DNA of 64,000 bases from Octopus sinensis (GCF_006345805.1 NC_043005.1:41106001-41170000); one strand, 5' to 3'. Positions 25,721 to 39,100 are shown, numbered from the stretch's first letter. The notes: generated by a model not told the origin, from the letters alone. A program made the numbers and translations.

Positions 25721-28009
25721 TATGTCATTATAGATTAATTCGCTACCAGAATGATCTTCCATTTTCCTTCTGTTCTGTTTCATTTTTTTTATAGAAAGAA
25801 AAAGAACTGAAATATTTGATTCAGAATCTTAAAAGTTTGGAACTTCTATAGTTTGTTGAGTGTTTATATGATTTAGCAGATTAAAGCATCTAATCTATAA
25901 ATAAGAAGATTTAATAAAGTTGACACCCTCAAGATATCATACAAAGATGGATTTGGTGTTTTAGCAGATTAAAAGCCTGAGACCTAAAATTAATTGATTT
26001 TGATAACGTATGTCATACACATTGCACTGAGATCATTATGACAGACAACATCTTTGATGATCAAAGAGGGAACCTCTGAGAAGTTAGCTGACTAGCTAGA
26101 ATTAGTAAGTCAAATTTTCTCAAATTGTAAAAGAAAAATGTTGATTTAGGTATCCATGATGTAGAAAAAGATGACATGCTTTGGTCTTAACTTTTTAGAT
26201 TTCACATTATTCTGTGAAATGTAATGCTTATTTATTCACATTGTTTTGAATTAATCAGGTATTATCTTGTGGCTTTGAGACCTCGATGATGTGATTTTTT
26301 ATTTTTTTAAATGGTATTGTAAGGTAAGTGGGACAAGCCAGGTCTGTCCAGTTTGAACACAAAACACTATTTTGGCTGCATACGACCAGTTTAAATTCTA
26401 AAGGGTTAAATGTCTTTGATCATAGATCTATGCAACTTTGCTGATAAGGCTAACTATGGACTATGGGAGTCTCTCAGGAGTTGCTTGATCTTCTAAAAAT
26501 AAAAGAGATACAGATCTGGATACAGTAAATAAAATTAAAGATTTAAGTGCAATAATGAGTAGTGATCTCATTTTTTTTTCAGAATATTGTATTAATAGCA
26601 CTAGAAAAGATGATAGAAGAAGCAATTACCTGTTCAGATTAGATTATTTATAATAAAGAAAAAAAATTTTTTCTTTATAAAATGTTTTAATCTATTTATT
26701 CAACTCATTTTTTAATATGCATCTTATATTTGGCTTCCTCATTTTATAAAAAAATATCCACCTAATTGAATCTATCCAAAGACTCAGAATTCCTGGAATA
26801 AAATACACTATTTTGACAATTTGATGCAACCAAATCAGAATACACTAGAGTGCTGTAAAATTAAAGCAAACCTCATCATGGTTTACCATGTATGGAATGT
26901 TGATCTTAAATTCGATGATTTTTGCTTTTTTTTGCTTTTAATAAAATGTGGCCATTGCCAGTACTGCCTGATTGGCCCTCGTGCCAGTGACACATAAAAG
27001 CATCCACTACACTCTCGGAGTGGTTGGCATTAGGAAGGTCATCCAGCTGTAGAAACTCTGCCAGATCAAGATTGGAGCCTGGTGCAGCCATCTGTTTCGC
27101 CAGTCCCCAGTCAAATCGTCCAACCCATGCTAGCATGGAAAGCGGACGTTAAACAATGATAATGATGATGATGATGATGATGATGATGAGAAAATTGATA
27201 TATTGGATTGAAATTGGTGCAAGAATATAACCAAATAAGCACTTCTTTTCTCTTCAACCAATCAAAGTTTGGGAATGTTTTCAAATCTGAACTTGTTTTA
27301 GCTCCAAGGCTTAAATTTAGTATCAAGTTAATTGGATAATGTGAATCCTATACTTTTAGGAAATATAATAGTGATAAATATCATAAAATTTCATTTATAA
27401 ATATAATACATAAGTGTATTACTTGATTTGTTGTATTTTGTGCAGGAAATAATTTGACTGGAAATGGTGCACACTTTATCAATTCAAATCTAAACAACAC
27501 ACAAAAGATTAAGCTGGCATAATCCTTAGCCTACCAAGCAAAATGCTCTGTGGCATTTTGTCTGTCTTTGCATTCTGAGTTCAAATTCCCTGAGGTCGAT
27601 TTTATCTTTCATTCTTTTGGGGTTGATAAAATTAGTAGCAGTTGAGCACTGGGTCAATGTAATCAACTTACTCCACCCCTGCAATTACTGGCCTTGTGCC
27701 AAAATTTGAAACCAATATCATCAAAATTTGAAACCAATATTATCAAATTTTAAAGTGGTAAGCTGGCAGAATCATTAGCATGTCATGTGAAATGCTTAGT
27801 ATTATTTTGTCCATCTTTACATTCCAAGTTCAAATGCCATTGAAGCTGACTTTGCCATTCAGTACTAGTTGAGTACTGGGATCAATGTAACCAGCTTACT
27901 CAGCCCCTTGAAATTGTTGGTTTTTGTGTCAACATTTGAAAACCAATATTATTAAATTATAAAAGTATTTTCTATGTCATTAATGCCAACTTCAGTGATC
28001 CACAATTAC

Positions 28010-28522
28010 ATTGGGTCGGACGTTGGGCCTCACAGAGGCAATGACGAAAGACCGAGATCTCTGTGACTACGAAGACCTGACAAATTACGTTAGTTCATGG
28101 CTGTTTCCTGCACCAGTTTCAGATAGCAGCTCCAGCCCATCCAAAGTACCTTGTATCGCAAAATGGCCTGCTGTGCTTACCTTGGATCATAGGGTGACCT
28201 GCTGTGCTTGAGGAAACCTATTGAGTCAAGTACGTACATCAACATCAAAATAAAAAATCAAATGGAAATTGTAGTTGTGATACTTGTGCCAGTGGAACGC
28301 AAAAAGCACCAACCGATCATGGTTGCTGCCTGCCTCCCCTGGCACCTGTGCCAGTGGCACGTAAAAAGCACCCACTACACTCACAGAGTGATTGGTGTTA
28401 GAAAGGGCATCCAGCTGTAGAAACACTGTCAGATCAGACTGGAGCCAAGTGCAGCCTTCTGGCTTCCCAGACTCTGGTCGAACTGTCCAACCCATGCTAG
28501 CATGGAAAACGGACGTTAAACA

Positions 28523-28550
<28 letters not shown>
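28010..28550 (+). mobile_element. 3' end and 3' UTR of the same RTE-type LINE, ending in (GAT)n
   Basis: LGRTLGLTEAMTKDRDL matches the 48700 fragment. It is followed by GGAAGGGCATCCAG-type UTR sequence and a GAT tail. Confidence 0.75.
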
Positions 28551-28553
<3 letters not shown>

Positions 28554-28772
28554 ATGGCTATTTACTGTAATTTGATTGTTTTACTTTTTTGACAATAGAT
28601 GTTCTTTTTTGGGGACTACAAATGATAATGAACTTAAACTACAATAATAACTACAAATGATATTAAACTGAACAAACATTACAAAAACATAATCTTCCAA
28701 CTACATCAACAAAGTAATTGGATTCAACACTTTCAAACAGACTACTAAAATATAAATAATATCAATACTCAC

Positions 28773-28912
28773 TGTGTTCAGTAATTCCTCCATGAAATCC
28801 AGTCCAAGATGACAGTTTTGCAAGAGCACCCATTGTCCATCTTGCATTGAACCTTGTAATAACCTTCGAGCGTGGATATCTTGTCCTTGGCCCATCGAGA
28901 TAGCATCACATT
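28773..28912 (-). CDS. DNAH5: Dynein heavy chain exon (AAA6 P-loop region)
   Basis: Acceptor cccccAG, donor ACA|GTGAGT; 140 nt, phase 1 to 0. (K)[46 protein letters not shown] has the ISMGQGQ and WVLLQNCHL hallmarks. Confidence 0.96.
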
Positions 28913-29056
28913 CTGGGGGTGAAAACATAAGTGATTTTAAGTTTGTGAAAAGTACCAACAGCAGCAATTACTACATTAATTAGGGAACTGCTTAGCAATT
29001 TCTCAATCTACAAAAAATAATTAAATTTCCATTAAAATACACCAAACCATCAGGAA

Positions 29057-29350
29057 GTGGAGGCACATGGCCTAGTGGTTAGAGCATCGTATTCGCGGTT
29101 GAGGGATCATGAATTCAAATCTCAAACCAGGCAACGTGTGTGTTTATGAGCGAAACACCTAAGCTCCATGCGGCTCCGGCAGAAGGTAATGGTGAACTTC
29201 TGCTGACTCTTTCGCCACAACTTTCTCTCACTCTTTCCTCCTGCATCTTGCAGCTCACCTGCGATAGACTGGCGTCCCATCCAGGTGGGGAACCTATACA
29301 CCAAGGAAACCAGGAACCCAGCCCTTATGAGCCAAGCATGGCTCGAGAAA
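29057..29350 (+). mobile_element. tRNA-derived SINE related to family D with a different 3' half
   Basis: Shares the head and GAGCGAAACACCTAAGCTCCA...CTCCGGCAG segment, then diverges (GGCGTCCCATCCAGGTGGGGAA). Confidence 0.7.
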
Positions 29351-31609
29351 GAACAAACTATCAGAAAGGATACATTAGATGATGTTATCCTTGATGCACC
29401 TGAAATGAAAGATGCCAATGACTGGAATGCCCTTGATTATGGGTTTATTTCATTTAGAATTGGCACCAGATCATCCAGAAATAGGTACCATATAACTGGG
29501 CATTTATATATTGAATGAGACTATATAGCAGCAACAGCAGTAACAATTAAGTAACAATTAGCGGTTAGTACAGTAATTACCTTTCAGAATATCAATAACA
29601 ACAACAAGACTGCCACTCAGTCAGTTATGACCATGAGTGTTCCAGTTGATTTGATCAATAGAATAGCCTGCTTATGAAATTAACGCACAAGTGGCTAAGC
29701 ACTCCACAGACATGTGTGTATCCTTAACATAAGTTTTCATTGAGATTTAGCATGACAAAGAATGTGATAAAGCTAACCCTTTGAAATACAAACTAATCAT
29801 CTCATCAATTAAATTTGCTTTCTATGCTGGCATGGGTTGGATGATAATCCCAATCTGAGGCAGTTCTTATTTGGAGTTACATTCTTCATAGATGGGTCAG
29901 GGACAATGTCATGCTCATAAGCTTAACTGCTGCTGCTGTTGTTGTTGTTGTTAAGCAACAAGACGGGTAAGGGTGATTAGGTGATGGTCTAGAGCTTAGG
30001 GGCAGGAGACCTCAGACCCTGGAAAAAAAAACAACTTTGGTCGTCTTGTTGTAGTCGAGGGCTCTTCGTTGACGCCCGACACCACTGGGAGGTGGCCCTT
30101 GAAGTTGCTGGAAATGGGGATCTCCAGGTCCAAATTCTTGAATGGCTGCTGCTGCTGCTGCTGCTGCCGACACTGTTGGTGCTGTTGTTGTTGTTACTGC
30201 AATAATAGCAGGTGGCTTCTAATTCTTTGATAGGACCAAACAAAATGATCAGTTGATGTTTGATCAACAGCACAGTTCAGTTAGAACTAACCTGGTTACC
30301 TAAAAGCAGCAACGGCAGTGCCAGCAGCACTGGCAGCACCAGCACCAGCAGAAGCAGCAAAATGAGAAACAATAGTAAAAACAAAAAATATCAGGAACAA
30401 ACAGCAGAAATAGCAACAAGAACAATGGATGTAATGTTATAAATAGCAAAGAAGAAAAAAAAAAGTTGCATAAATAGACAAAAGAAAAACACCACCACCG
30501 CTTCCACCCCTTCTGCACCGTTATTATAACACCCCCTACTCCAATAAGGAATCTCTCCTCAATATTTGAAGGAATGGTATGGCCTGTTTTCAGCATCAAC
30601 ATCATCAATAAGACCATAACTATCATCCCTCTCATCATCAACAAGACCACCCCCATCACCACCACCACCACCACCACCACCGCCACCACCATCACCACCA
30701 CCATCAACCATGTGGCCTTGGGTTCTTTGTAAGTAGAAAAAAAGATGGGGTGGTCACATCTGGAATGCCTTTGATCATAGATTAGCTAAATTAAGGTTGA
30801 AATAGGACTAAATAACAACAACAGCAACAAAAACACTAACAACATCAATTAAGACTATTATAAACAACAATAATAAAAATATTGATATTACTGTTCAAAA
30901 CAATGTATGCTGCCATCCCGACCACGACCGCCACTATGACCACACCATGATGACGGTCACCACCACCACCACCACCACCTTCACATTCATCACCTCCACC
31001 ACCTCCCCCAATAATATCAATACAGCTACAACAACAAAAACCTTACTGCTATAAATAACCAAGAAGATGTTCCAAAGAAGAGATGTCTGAGCAGAAATAA
31101 TTAAATGAAACAGGCTTAATTAATGAGATACATAAGGAAAACATTATACACAAACACACAAACACGTAATTAGTCTTTCTTCCTCAGAATCTAAATGAAC
31201 CAGTGCGTGTCTATGTGTGTGGTGTTTATGTGGGATGTGCTTATGCAATATATTTGTAAGCAATCATGAATAAATACTTATGATGTACAATATGTAATAT
31301 GTGATAAATATATATGTGTGTGTGTGTGTGTATGTTTATGCATGTGTGTATATATGTTTATATATGTGTGTGTCTATATATATATATATACACACATATT
31401 CAATTTGACGACTCCACTAGAATGGACGAAAGCGCTGATATATATGATGTATAAAAACATGTAACATACTAATAAATATCTGTAAATATAAAACCATCCG
31501 AATTTCTGAGTACCTCATTTCTTCTAATATAAAATACCTGTACATCATCTCCAAACCTTCTTATATATATATGCATAAAAATATATACACAAACCCACAT
31601 GTATGTATA

Positions 31610-31998
31610 GGTGCAGGCATGGCTATGTGGTAAGAAGCTTGCTTCCCAACCACGTGACACCAGGTTCAGTCCCATTGTGTGGCATGTTGGGGATGTGTCT
31701 TCTACAATAGTCTCAAGCTGACCAACGCTTGTGGATAGATTTGGTAGACAGAAGCTGAAAAGATCCCATCGTATATGTGTGTGTGTGTGTGTGTGTGTCT
31801 TTGTGTCTGTGTTTGCCCAACCACTTGAGAACTAGTGTTGGTGTGGTTATGTCTTGTAACGTAGCAGTTCAGCAAAGGAGACTGATTAAATAAGTACAAC
31901 ACTTAAAAAAAATATGTGCTGAGATCAATTCATTCAACTAAAATTCTTCAAGGTGGTGCCCCAGCATGGCTGCAGTCAAGTGACTGAAACATCAAGTA
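31610..31998 (+). mobile_element. tRNA-derived SINE, family A (diverged)
   Basis: Collinear with family A and tail-to-tail with the next copy. Confidence 0.75.
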
Positions 31999-32017
31999 TA
32001 TATATATATATATATAT

Positions 32018-32420
32018 ACTCTTTTACTCTTTTACTTGTTTCAGTCATTTGACTGCGGCCATGCTGGAGCACCGCCCTTTAATTGAGCAACTCGACCCCG
32101 GGACTTATTCTTTTGTAAGCCCAGTACTTATTCTATCGGTTTTTTTTTGCCGAACCGCTAAGTGATGGGGACATAAACACACCAGCATCGGTTGTCAAGC
32201 AATGCTAGGGGACAAACACAGACACATAAACACACACATGTATATATATATATATACATATATACGACGGGCTTCTTTCAGTTTCCGTCTACCAAATCCA
32301 CTCACAAGGCATTGGTCGGCCCGAGGCTATAGTAGAAGACACTTGCCCAAGGTGCCACACAGTGGGACTGAATCCGGAACCATGTGGTTGGTAGACAAGC
32401 TACTTACCATACAGCCAATA
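32018..32420 (-). mobile_element. tRNA-derived SINE, family A (close to consensus)
   Basis: Reverse complement of family A with CpGs retained. Confidence 0.82.
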
Positions 32421-33218
32421 TGTGACAATTATTCGGTAGCCATGATAAAACTCTGAGTTTTGGATGCCGAGGTGGAAATCCACACCACCATCTCTTCAGT
32501 TATCCGGCCATCGGAAAAAATGCTATGAAAAATGACCGTTATACAAAAGTAAATTACTGTGTGATTGACCGTTATTAAGACAAAAGAGCTATTTGAATGA
32601 CCACCAAGTGAGGAGAGGGAGTAAAAGTAAAGGGGTAAAAAGGTTCGTAGTATTCGCGTAAGCACGCATGTTCATACCTACACATGCGTGTCCGCACACC
32701 CATGTGCATACGCCTAAACGTATACACTCATCCATCCTCATTTGAAACGTACACAACCTCACCCGCACCATTCGCCATATTTCATTTGTTTTTGCCTTAT
32801 CTGTTAACCATCAACAGACTGGAACCAAGTCATGGTTTTCAAAAAAATAGCTGACCAATTAGGTTGTAGGACCTACCATGAACCCCACCCCACTATGGAT
32901 AGGGATTCAGAGGCTTGTTGATCGGATGATGTATGTCGCTTTGTAACCTTTTCATTTTCTTATTTGCCATGTAAATTAAGGATAAACCACTTTTTACCCT
33001 TGATCATATATGACACTCAATTGCGAGATTGCCACACAGTAACCAACATTTGGGTATGAAAATTGGGTACACTACCAGCAGTACATTGGATAGGCACTAT
33101 CCCTTAGTTGGTTGATTTCCCAACCTCTAACTTTCACAGAAATATATATATATATATCTGTGTGTGTGTGTGTGTGTGTGTGTGTTTATATATATATGTA
33201 TATATACATATGTTTGTG

Positions 33219-33255
<37 letters not shown>

Positions 33256-34311
33256 ACACACATGTGTGTATATATACATACATATATATATATGTATGTA
33301 TATATGCATATCAATATATATGTGTGTGTGTGTGGGTGTCTGTATGTATATTTATATATAATATATATATATCTGTAGATACTCTAGCATATACATAAAT
33401 AGCCTGACCAACATTACATCATCAGTTGCACCACCACCACCATCACCACTCACTCAGCTCTCATATGCACACACCTGCACACACACACACACACACACAC
33501 ACTCATACACACACACACACAAACACACACTCATACAATCAACAGACAAACATATTTATTTACTCAGCACATCTACAGAATACAGAAAAAAAAAATATTT
33601 CCAAAACTAAACTAAACTAAACTCAAACGTTTCTATGGTTCCATGGTTTGTAAATCCAGCTTTTTTTCTAGTTTTAAAACAAAACAAAAAAGAAAAATTG
33701 AACAAGGAAGGAAATCTATGAAACAATAAGCAGCAAATCAAACTGATGCACTCTCATCTTCTCCTTCCCCCCCGCCGTCACTGATTCACTAATACCATCA
33801 TCGCCACCGTCACCACTAGGCTTTACCATGTATCTTCCCCATCCCCATCACCACCACCACCACCACCACCAACAACAGAAGAAAAATAACCTATATTAAT
33901 ATCTCTATAAACTATTCCACTCCATACTGTTTCTGTCTCCTATTATGTTTTAAAAGAGTTTGCCCCATCATTTGCCCCATCATTCCTTCACCCATTTGGG
34001 ATTATTATGGGGAGATGTGCCAAATTATTATTTGATGATTTCAATTACTGAGGAATATACACACACACGGACAAACATACACATATATGCACACACAAGC
34101 AGATACACACACACACGTATATGTATGGACACCCAAGCACTACTTGCATGCACACGCACACACATGTGGACATATGGGCACATTCACATACACACACCAT
34201 ATAAACACAAAGTGTACACAAACAGACTTAAATAAATTAATTTGTTTGTGTTTTTCATTAAATCATTATGAAAGCAAACAACCTTTTCCTCAACTCAAAG
34301 TTATTGGTTAT

Positions 34312-34363
<52 letters not shown>

Positions 34364-34450
34364 GGAGGGAGAGTATTTATGTATATACACACACATATTT
34401 GTATGTATGCATGTATACATATATATGGATATATAAGTATATATGTATAC

Positions 34451-34521
<71 letters not shown>

Positions 34522-34857
34522 TGTATGTATATATACACATATATATATGTATGTATTTATAGACATATACACATATATGTATACATGCATACATACATAT
34601 ACATCTACATATATACATATATATATGTATATATGTATATATATATACATGGATATATGCATGTATGTATATATGCATATATGTATACATATACTTATAT
34701 ATATATATGTATATATATATGTATACGTATATATATATGTATATATGTAAACATATATACATGTATACATATATGTATATGCGTATACATATATATGTAT
34801 ATGCATATATGTATACATATACATATACATATACATATATATAAGTATATATATATA

Positions 34858-34900
<43 letters not shown>

Positions 34901-34918
34901 ATACACACAGACACACAT
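34312..34918. repeat. Long compound dinucleotide low-complexity tract (GA)n/(TA,CA)n/(TG)n
   Basis: Directly visible. Source of many artefactual ORFs. Confidence 0.95.
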
Positions 34919-35164
34919 ATCAGAAAATTCTTGAATCAATGATCAAGGAAGCCAGAAAACCAACGAGGACTTTGTATGAGTTAAATATAAACTACAGAGA
35001 AAGTAGTTTTATTTTACAGATTTAATAATTTAGGCATGAAACTGCTACTTCGTAGCAGCTTTGGAACATGAAACAGTGGATGTGGAGTTTCTTGGTTAAA
35101 ACATGAAGCTTGTGATGCATACATATATATATATATATATTATATATTATATATATATATATAC

Positions 35165-35221
<57 letters not shown>

Positions 35222-35743
35222 TATATATATATATATACATATATATACAGAGAGAGAGATGAATTTATCTTTGAATATGAACATTATGATGATCACAATC
35301 TCATCATCATGGATAGAAGGTTGCCCCTTCTGGCATCTGTTTGAACTGGTTGAATCCAGTAATTTGTAATCTTCCCATTTTGGTTCTACTTTATCTCCTC
35401 TCTTCCTAAGTTACCTTTTGCATGGTCTACATTCATCATCATCGTCATTTAACATCCATTTTCTATGCTGGCATGGGTTGGACGGTTTAACTGGGGTCTG
35501 GCAAGTGCAGGAGCTGCACCCAGTTCCATTGTCTGTTTTGACATGGTTTCTACAGCTAGATACCTTTCCTAACAGTAAACACTTTACAGAGTGTATTTGA
35601 TGCTTTTTACGTGGCACCAGCACTAGTGCTTTATAAGTGGAACTAGCATCTGTACTTTTTATGTGACACCATAACCAATGTTTTTTACATGACATCAGCA
35701 CCAGTGTCTTTTATGTGTCACCTTTTTACATGGTTTACTTTGG

Positions 35744-36164
35744 AGTTCTATATTTAAGAGATGAGAAATTATGTACATTATTTACATTATTTATATTATT
35801 TACTTTTGATGGATATCTGTCCTTGTTTGTTGTTAACACAAAGTTTCGGCTGATATACCCTCCAGCCTTCATCAGGTGTCTTGGGGAAATTTCGAACCTG
35901 GGTTCTCATTCCTAAGGTATTTTTCGATGTTGTTGTTATTATTATTATTATTATTATTATTTTTATTATTCAGGTCACTGCCTGGAGGCGAACTCGGAAT
36001 CTTGGGGTTAGTAGCCCATGCTCTTAACCACTATGCCATATGCCCGATACCAAGCAGTGACCTGAATAATAACAACAATAATAATAGTAATAATAATAAT
36101 AACATCGAAAAATACCTTAGGAAAGAGAACCCAGGTTCAAAATTTCCCCAAGACACCTAATGAA
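35744..36164 (-). mobile_element. tRNA-headed SINE-like element carrying a hammerhead motif, with an inverted partial duplicate
   Basis: Minus-strand head 36045-35981 has A-box TGGCATAGTGG and a B-box-like GAGTTCGCCTCC. It is followed by an AAT-rich linker and the hammerhead. 36050-36164 is an inverted copy of 35868-35985. Confidence 0.65.
35835..35880 (-). ncRNA. Minimal hammerhead ribozyme motif with canonical CUGAUGA core (stem III probably mutated)
   Basis: RNA reads GACAC-CUGAUGA-A-GGCUG-GAGGGUAUAU-CAGCC-GAAAC-UUU-GUGUU. Stem I is GACAC/GUGUU and stem II GGCUG/CAGCC. An ACGU palindrome is expected in stem III but the copy reads ACUU. Confidence 0.7.
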
Positions 36165-36194
36165 AACAGCATAAATAGGACTGGAGCTAGTTAT

Positions 36195-39100
36195 GAAAAA
36201 AGGTAGAAATGAAGTAAGGAGGTTAATACTGTTATCATAGTGTACTACTATTTGCATAACCCAGTAAATGGAGAGGACTATTTGAAAGTACAGAGTAAAG
36301 GATTTGTGATTAGGCACGATCAATTTGAAGGGAGGTATGGTTGTCTGAGCTTGAACTTGAAGCCATCAAGAAGCAAATTGGTGAAAATTCTAAGCATGAT
36401 ACAAGAGAGGAAGATGAGGTAGAAGAGAATGAGAAAGAAATGGTAGAACTGTATGACACAGTTGAAAGTAACATACCTGAAATAGTAGCAAATGGAAATT
36501 CTGATGACATTAATGTATTTTTTAGTTAACAGAATACCGGTACAAGTGGAGTGCTAGAGATAATAAATTGTCAACATATAGAATGTGTGTAGTTTCTAGG
36601 AAGCTGGTTAGTGGAAATTGAACCATGAAAGTTAATTAAATTCTTGAGCATATAAGAACAACAAGAATAATAGAAGTCAATAGGATTATCAAAACAGTGA
36701 GCAAAGTTGTTGCAGATAATTTGTGACTAAAAGACAATGAAAGAACAAACAGTGTGAAGAATGCACAAAACAAAAACTCATGGCAGAAAAGAAGAATATT
36801 AGGAAATATAGGTAAGCTTGTTGGTGATGAATTGTTATTGTAATGAAAGAGGAATGGTGAACTTTTGGAACGGTTATAAATATGACTGACTGAAAAAAAA
36901 AATTTACTATTGACAGTGCAGGACCAAATGTAATTGAAGAAGTAAAGTAGTGTATTTTGGCAAAGAGAGGTAAAATAACAAAAATAGGATCAAAGAATGA
37001 AGCAGTATAGGCAAAATGAATTATTCCAAATTGATTAGAAAAAAAAATGATTGATAAATAAGTGGGGAAAACAAACATGGGACATAACAAACTGGCACAG
37101 GCTTGGCTGTGTGGTAAGAGGCTTGTTCCCAACCACATGGTTCCGGGTTCAGTGCCACATCAAGACATCTTGGGCAAGTGTCGTCTACTATAGCCTCAGG
37201 CTGACCAAGACTTGTGAGTTGATTTGGTAGACAAAAGCTGAAAGAAGCCTGTTGTGTATATATATATGAATTATGCCTGTTGTGTATATATATATATATA
37301 TATGAATTATGCTAGCACTGAAGATTAAAAAGTGCATTTTGTGCACTAATTATAAAATCATATGATATGCAGCTGAATTCTCTTTATAAAATGCTCGCTT
37401 TGAGAGTTGTATTCCCACGTATTCAGCACAATGTGTTTATTTATTATGGTAGTTTTGACTTTAAGAGTCCCTCCTAGCATGAGGCATTTATGTATAGTAA
37501 TGCCCTTAATATAAATAAATATATTTAAGAGAAATAATCGATGGATTTTTCCCTAATGAAGCTTTCACGCTAACTACTTGATAAATTCTTATAAAGATTT
37601 TATCCGATTTTCAATTTTATATATATACATATATATATAATATCTATGTGTATGTGTCTTTCTGTCTGTGTCTGGTCCCCACCACCACTGCTTGGCAACT
37701 GGTGTTAGTGTGTTTACATCTTTGTAACTTAGCAGTTTAGCAAAAGAGACTGATAGAATAACTCCTGGAGTCAATACACTTGATTAAAAATTCAATGTTG
37801 TGCCCCTGCATGACCACAGTCTGATGACTAGAAAATAGTAAAAGATAAAAGATGAAAGAGTAATACCAGAAGCGAAAGAAAGTAGTTGGCTTTGGAATGA
37901 GATGTGGAGTAAGGAAGAGTAGAATGATGCTGAGGTTGAGCAGTTCCAAAATTTGGCAGAGTCTGTTTCTTGCCCCCATCAAGAAGAAATTAGAATTGGG
38001 AAAGAAAATGTAAGACAAATAAGTGGACAGCTGAAGAATTGGAAAGTATCTGGACCTGATGGTATTCATTCAACAGGATGCCATAAAAGAATAGTAGAAC
38101 AATGGACTGCTCAGCAGAAATGGAGAGATTCCCAAGTGGATAACAACTGCACAAACAGTACTGTTTTTGAAGGATGCTTCATAAGGGAATGCTCTTGATG
38201 GTCACAGGCCTATATCATGTGTCACACTAATGAGGATGCTGCTAACTGGAATAATCATTGATGAAATGTATACACATACTCTACTCTCTTTTACTCTTTT
38301 ACTTGTTTCAGTCATTTACTGCGGCCATGCTGGAGCACCACCTTTAGTCGAGCAAATCGACCCCAGGACTTATTCTTTGTAAGCCTAGTACTTATTCTAT
38401 CGGTCACTTTTGCCGAACTGCTAAGTTACGGGGACGTAAACACCCCAGCATCGGTTGGAAAGCGATGTTGGGGGGTCCAAACACAGACGTACAAACATAC
38501 ATGCACACACACACACACACATACACACACATATATACGACGGGCTTCTTTCAGTTTCCGTCTACCAAATCCACTCACAAGGCTTTGGTTAGCCCAAGGC
38601 TATAATAGAAGACACTTGCCCAAGGTGCCATGCAGTGCGACTGAACCCAGAACCATGAGGTTTGTAAGCAAGCTACTTACCACACAGCCACTCCTACACC
38701 TATATGGCCATCCTACGCCCATATCTTGATGATAATTTTATCTGTTGAACAGAAGACTCATAAAACTAAGTAAAATAACATCTGGATATGAGGTTAAAAG
38801 AAAACTACAAAAGATCAAATGTCTGTTATTTATGGATGATCTCAAACTGTATGGTAAGAATGAATCTTAAGTCACTTTTTTAATGAACATTGTTCATTGC
38901 TTTAGTGAGGGCATCAAAATGGAATTTGGTCTAAAAAAATGTGGAGTAATATTCTTGGAAATACTGAACTACCATCTGTGGCATTCATGGAAAGGACTGA
39001 TGATAATACTGGGTATAAATACTTGGGAATGAATGAAGTGATGGAAAAAGAAATGAAGAAAAGATTTATGCAAAAATATCTCAAAAGACTTAGATTAGTT

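Noticed and set aside
35600-35720. Short regularly spaced repeats resembling a CRISPR array
   Set aside because: Eukaryotic context, degenerate units without unique spacers, and part of a retroelement 3' UTR.
36341-36529. Acidic 62-aa ORF as a small nested gene
   Set aside because: It is the N-terminal part of the decayed R4/Dong ORF.
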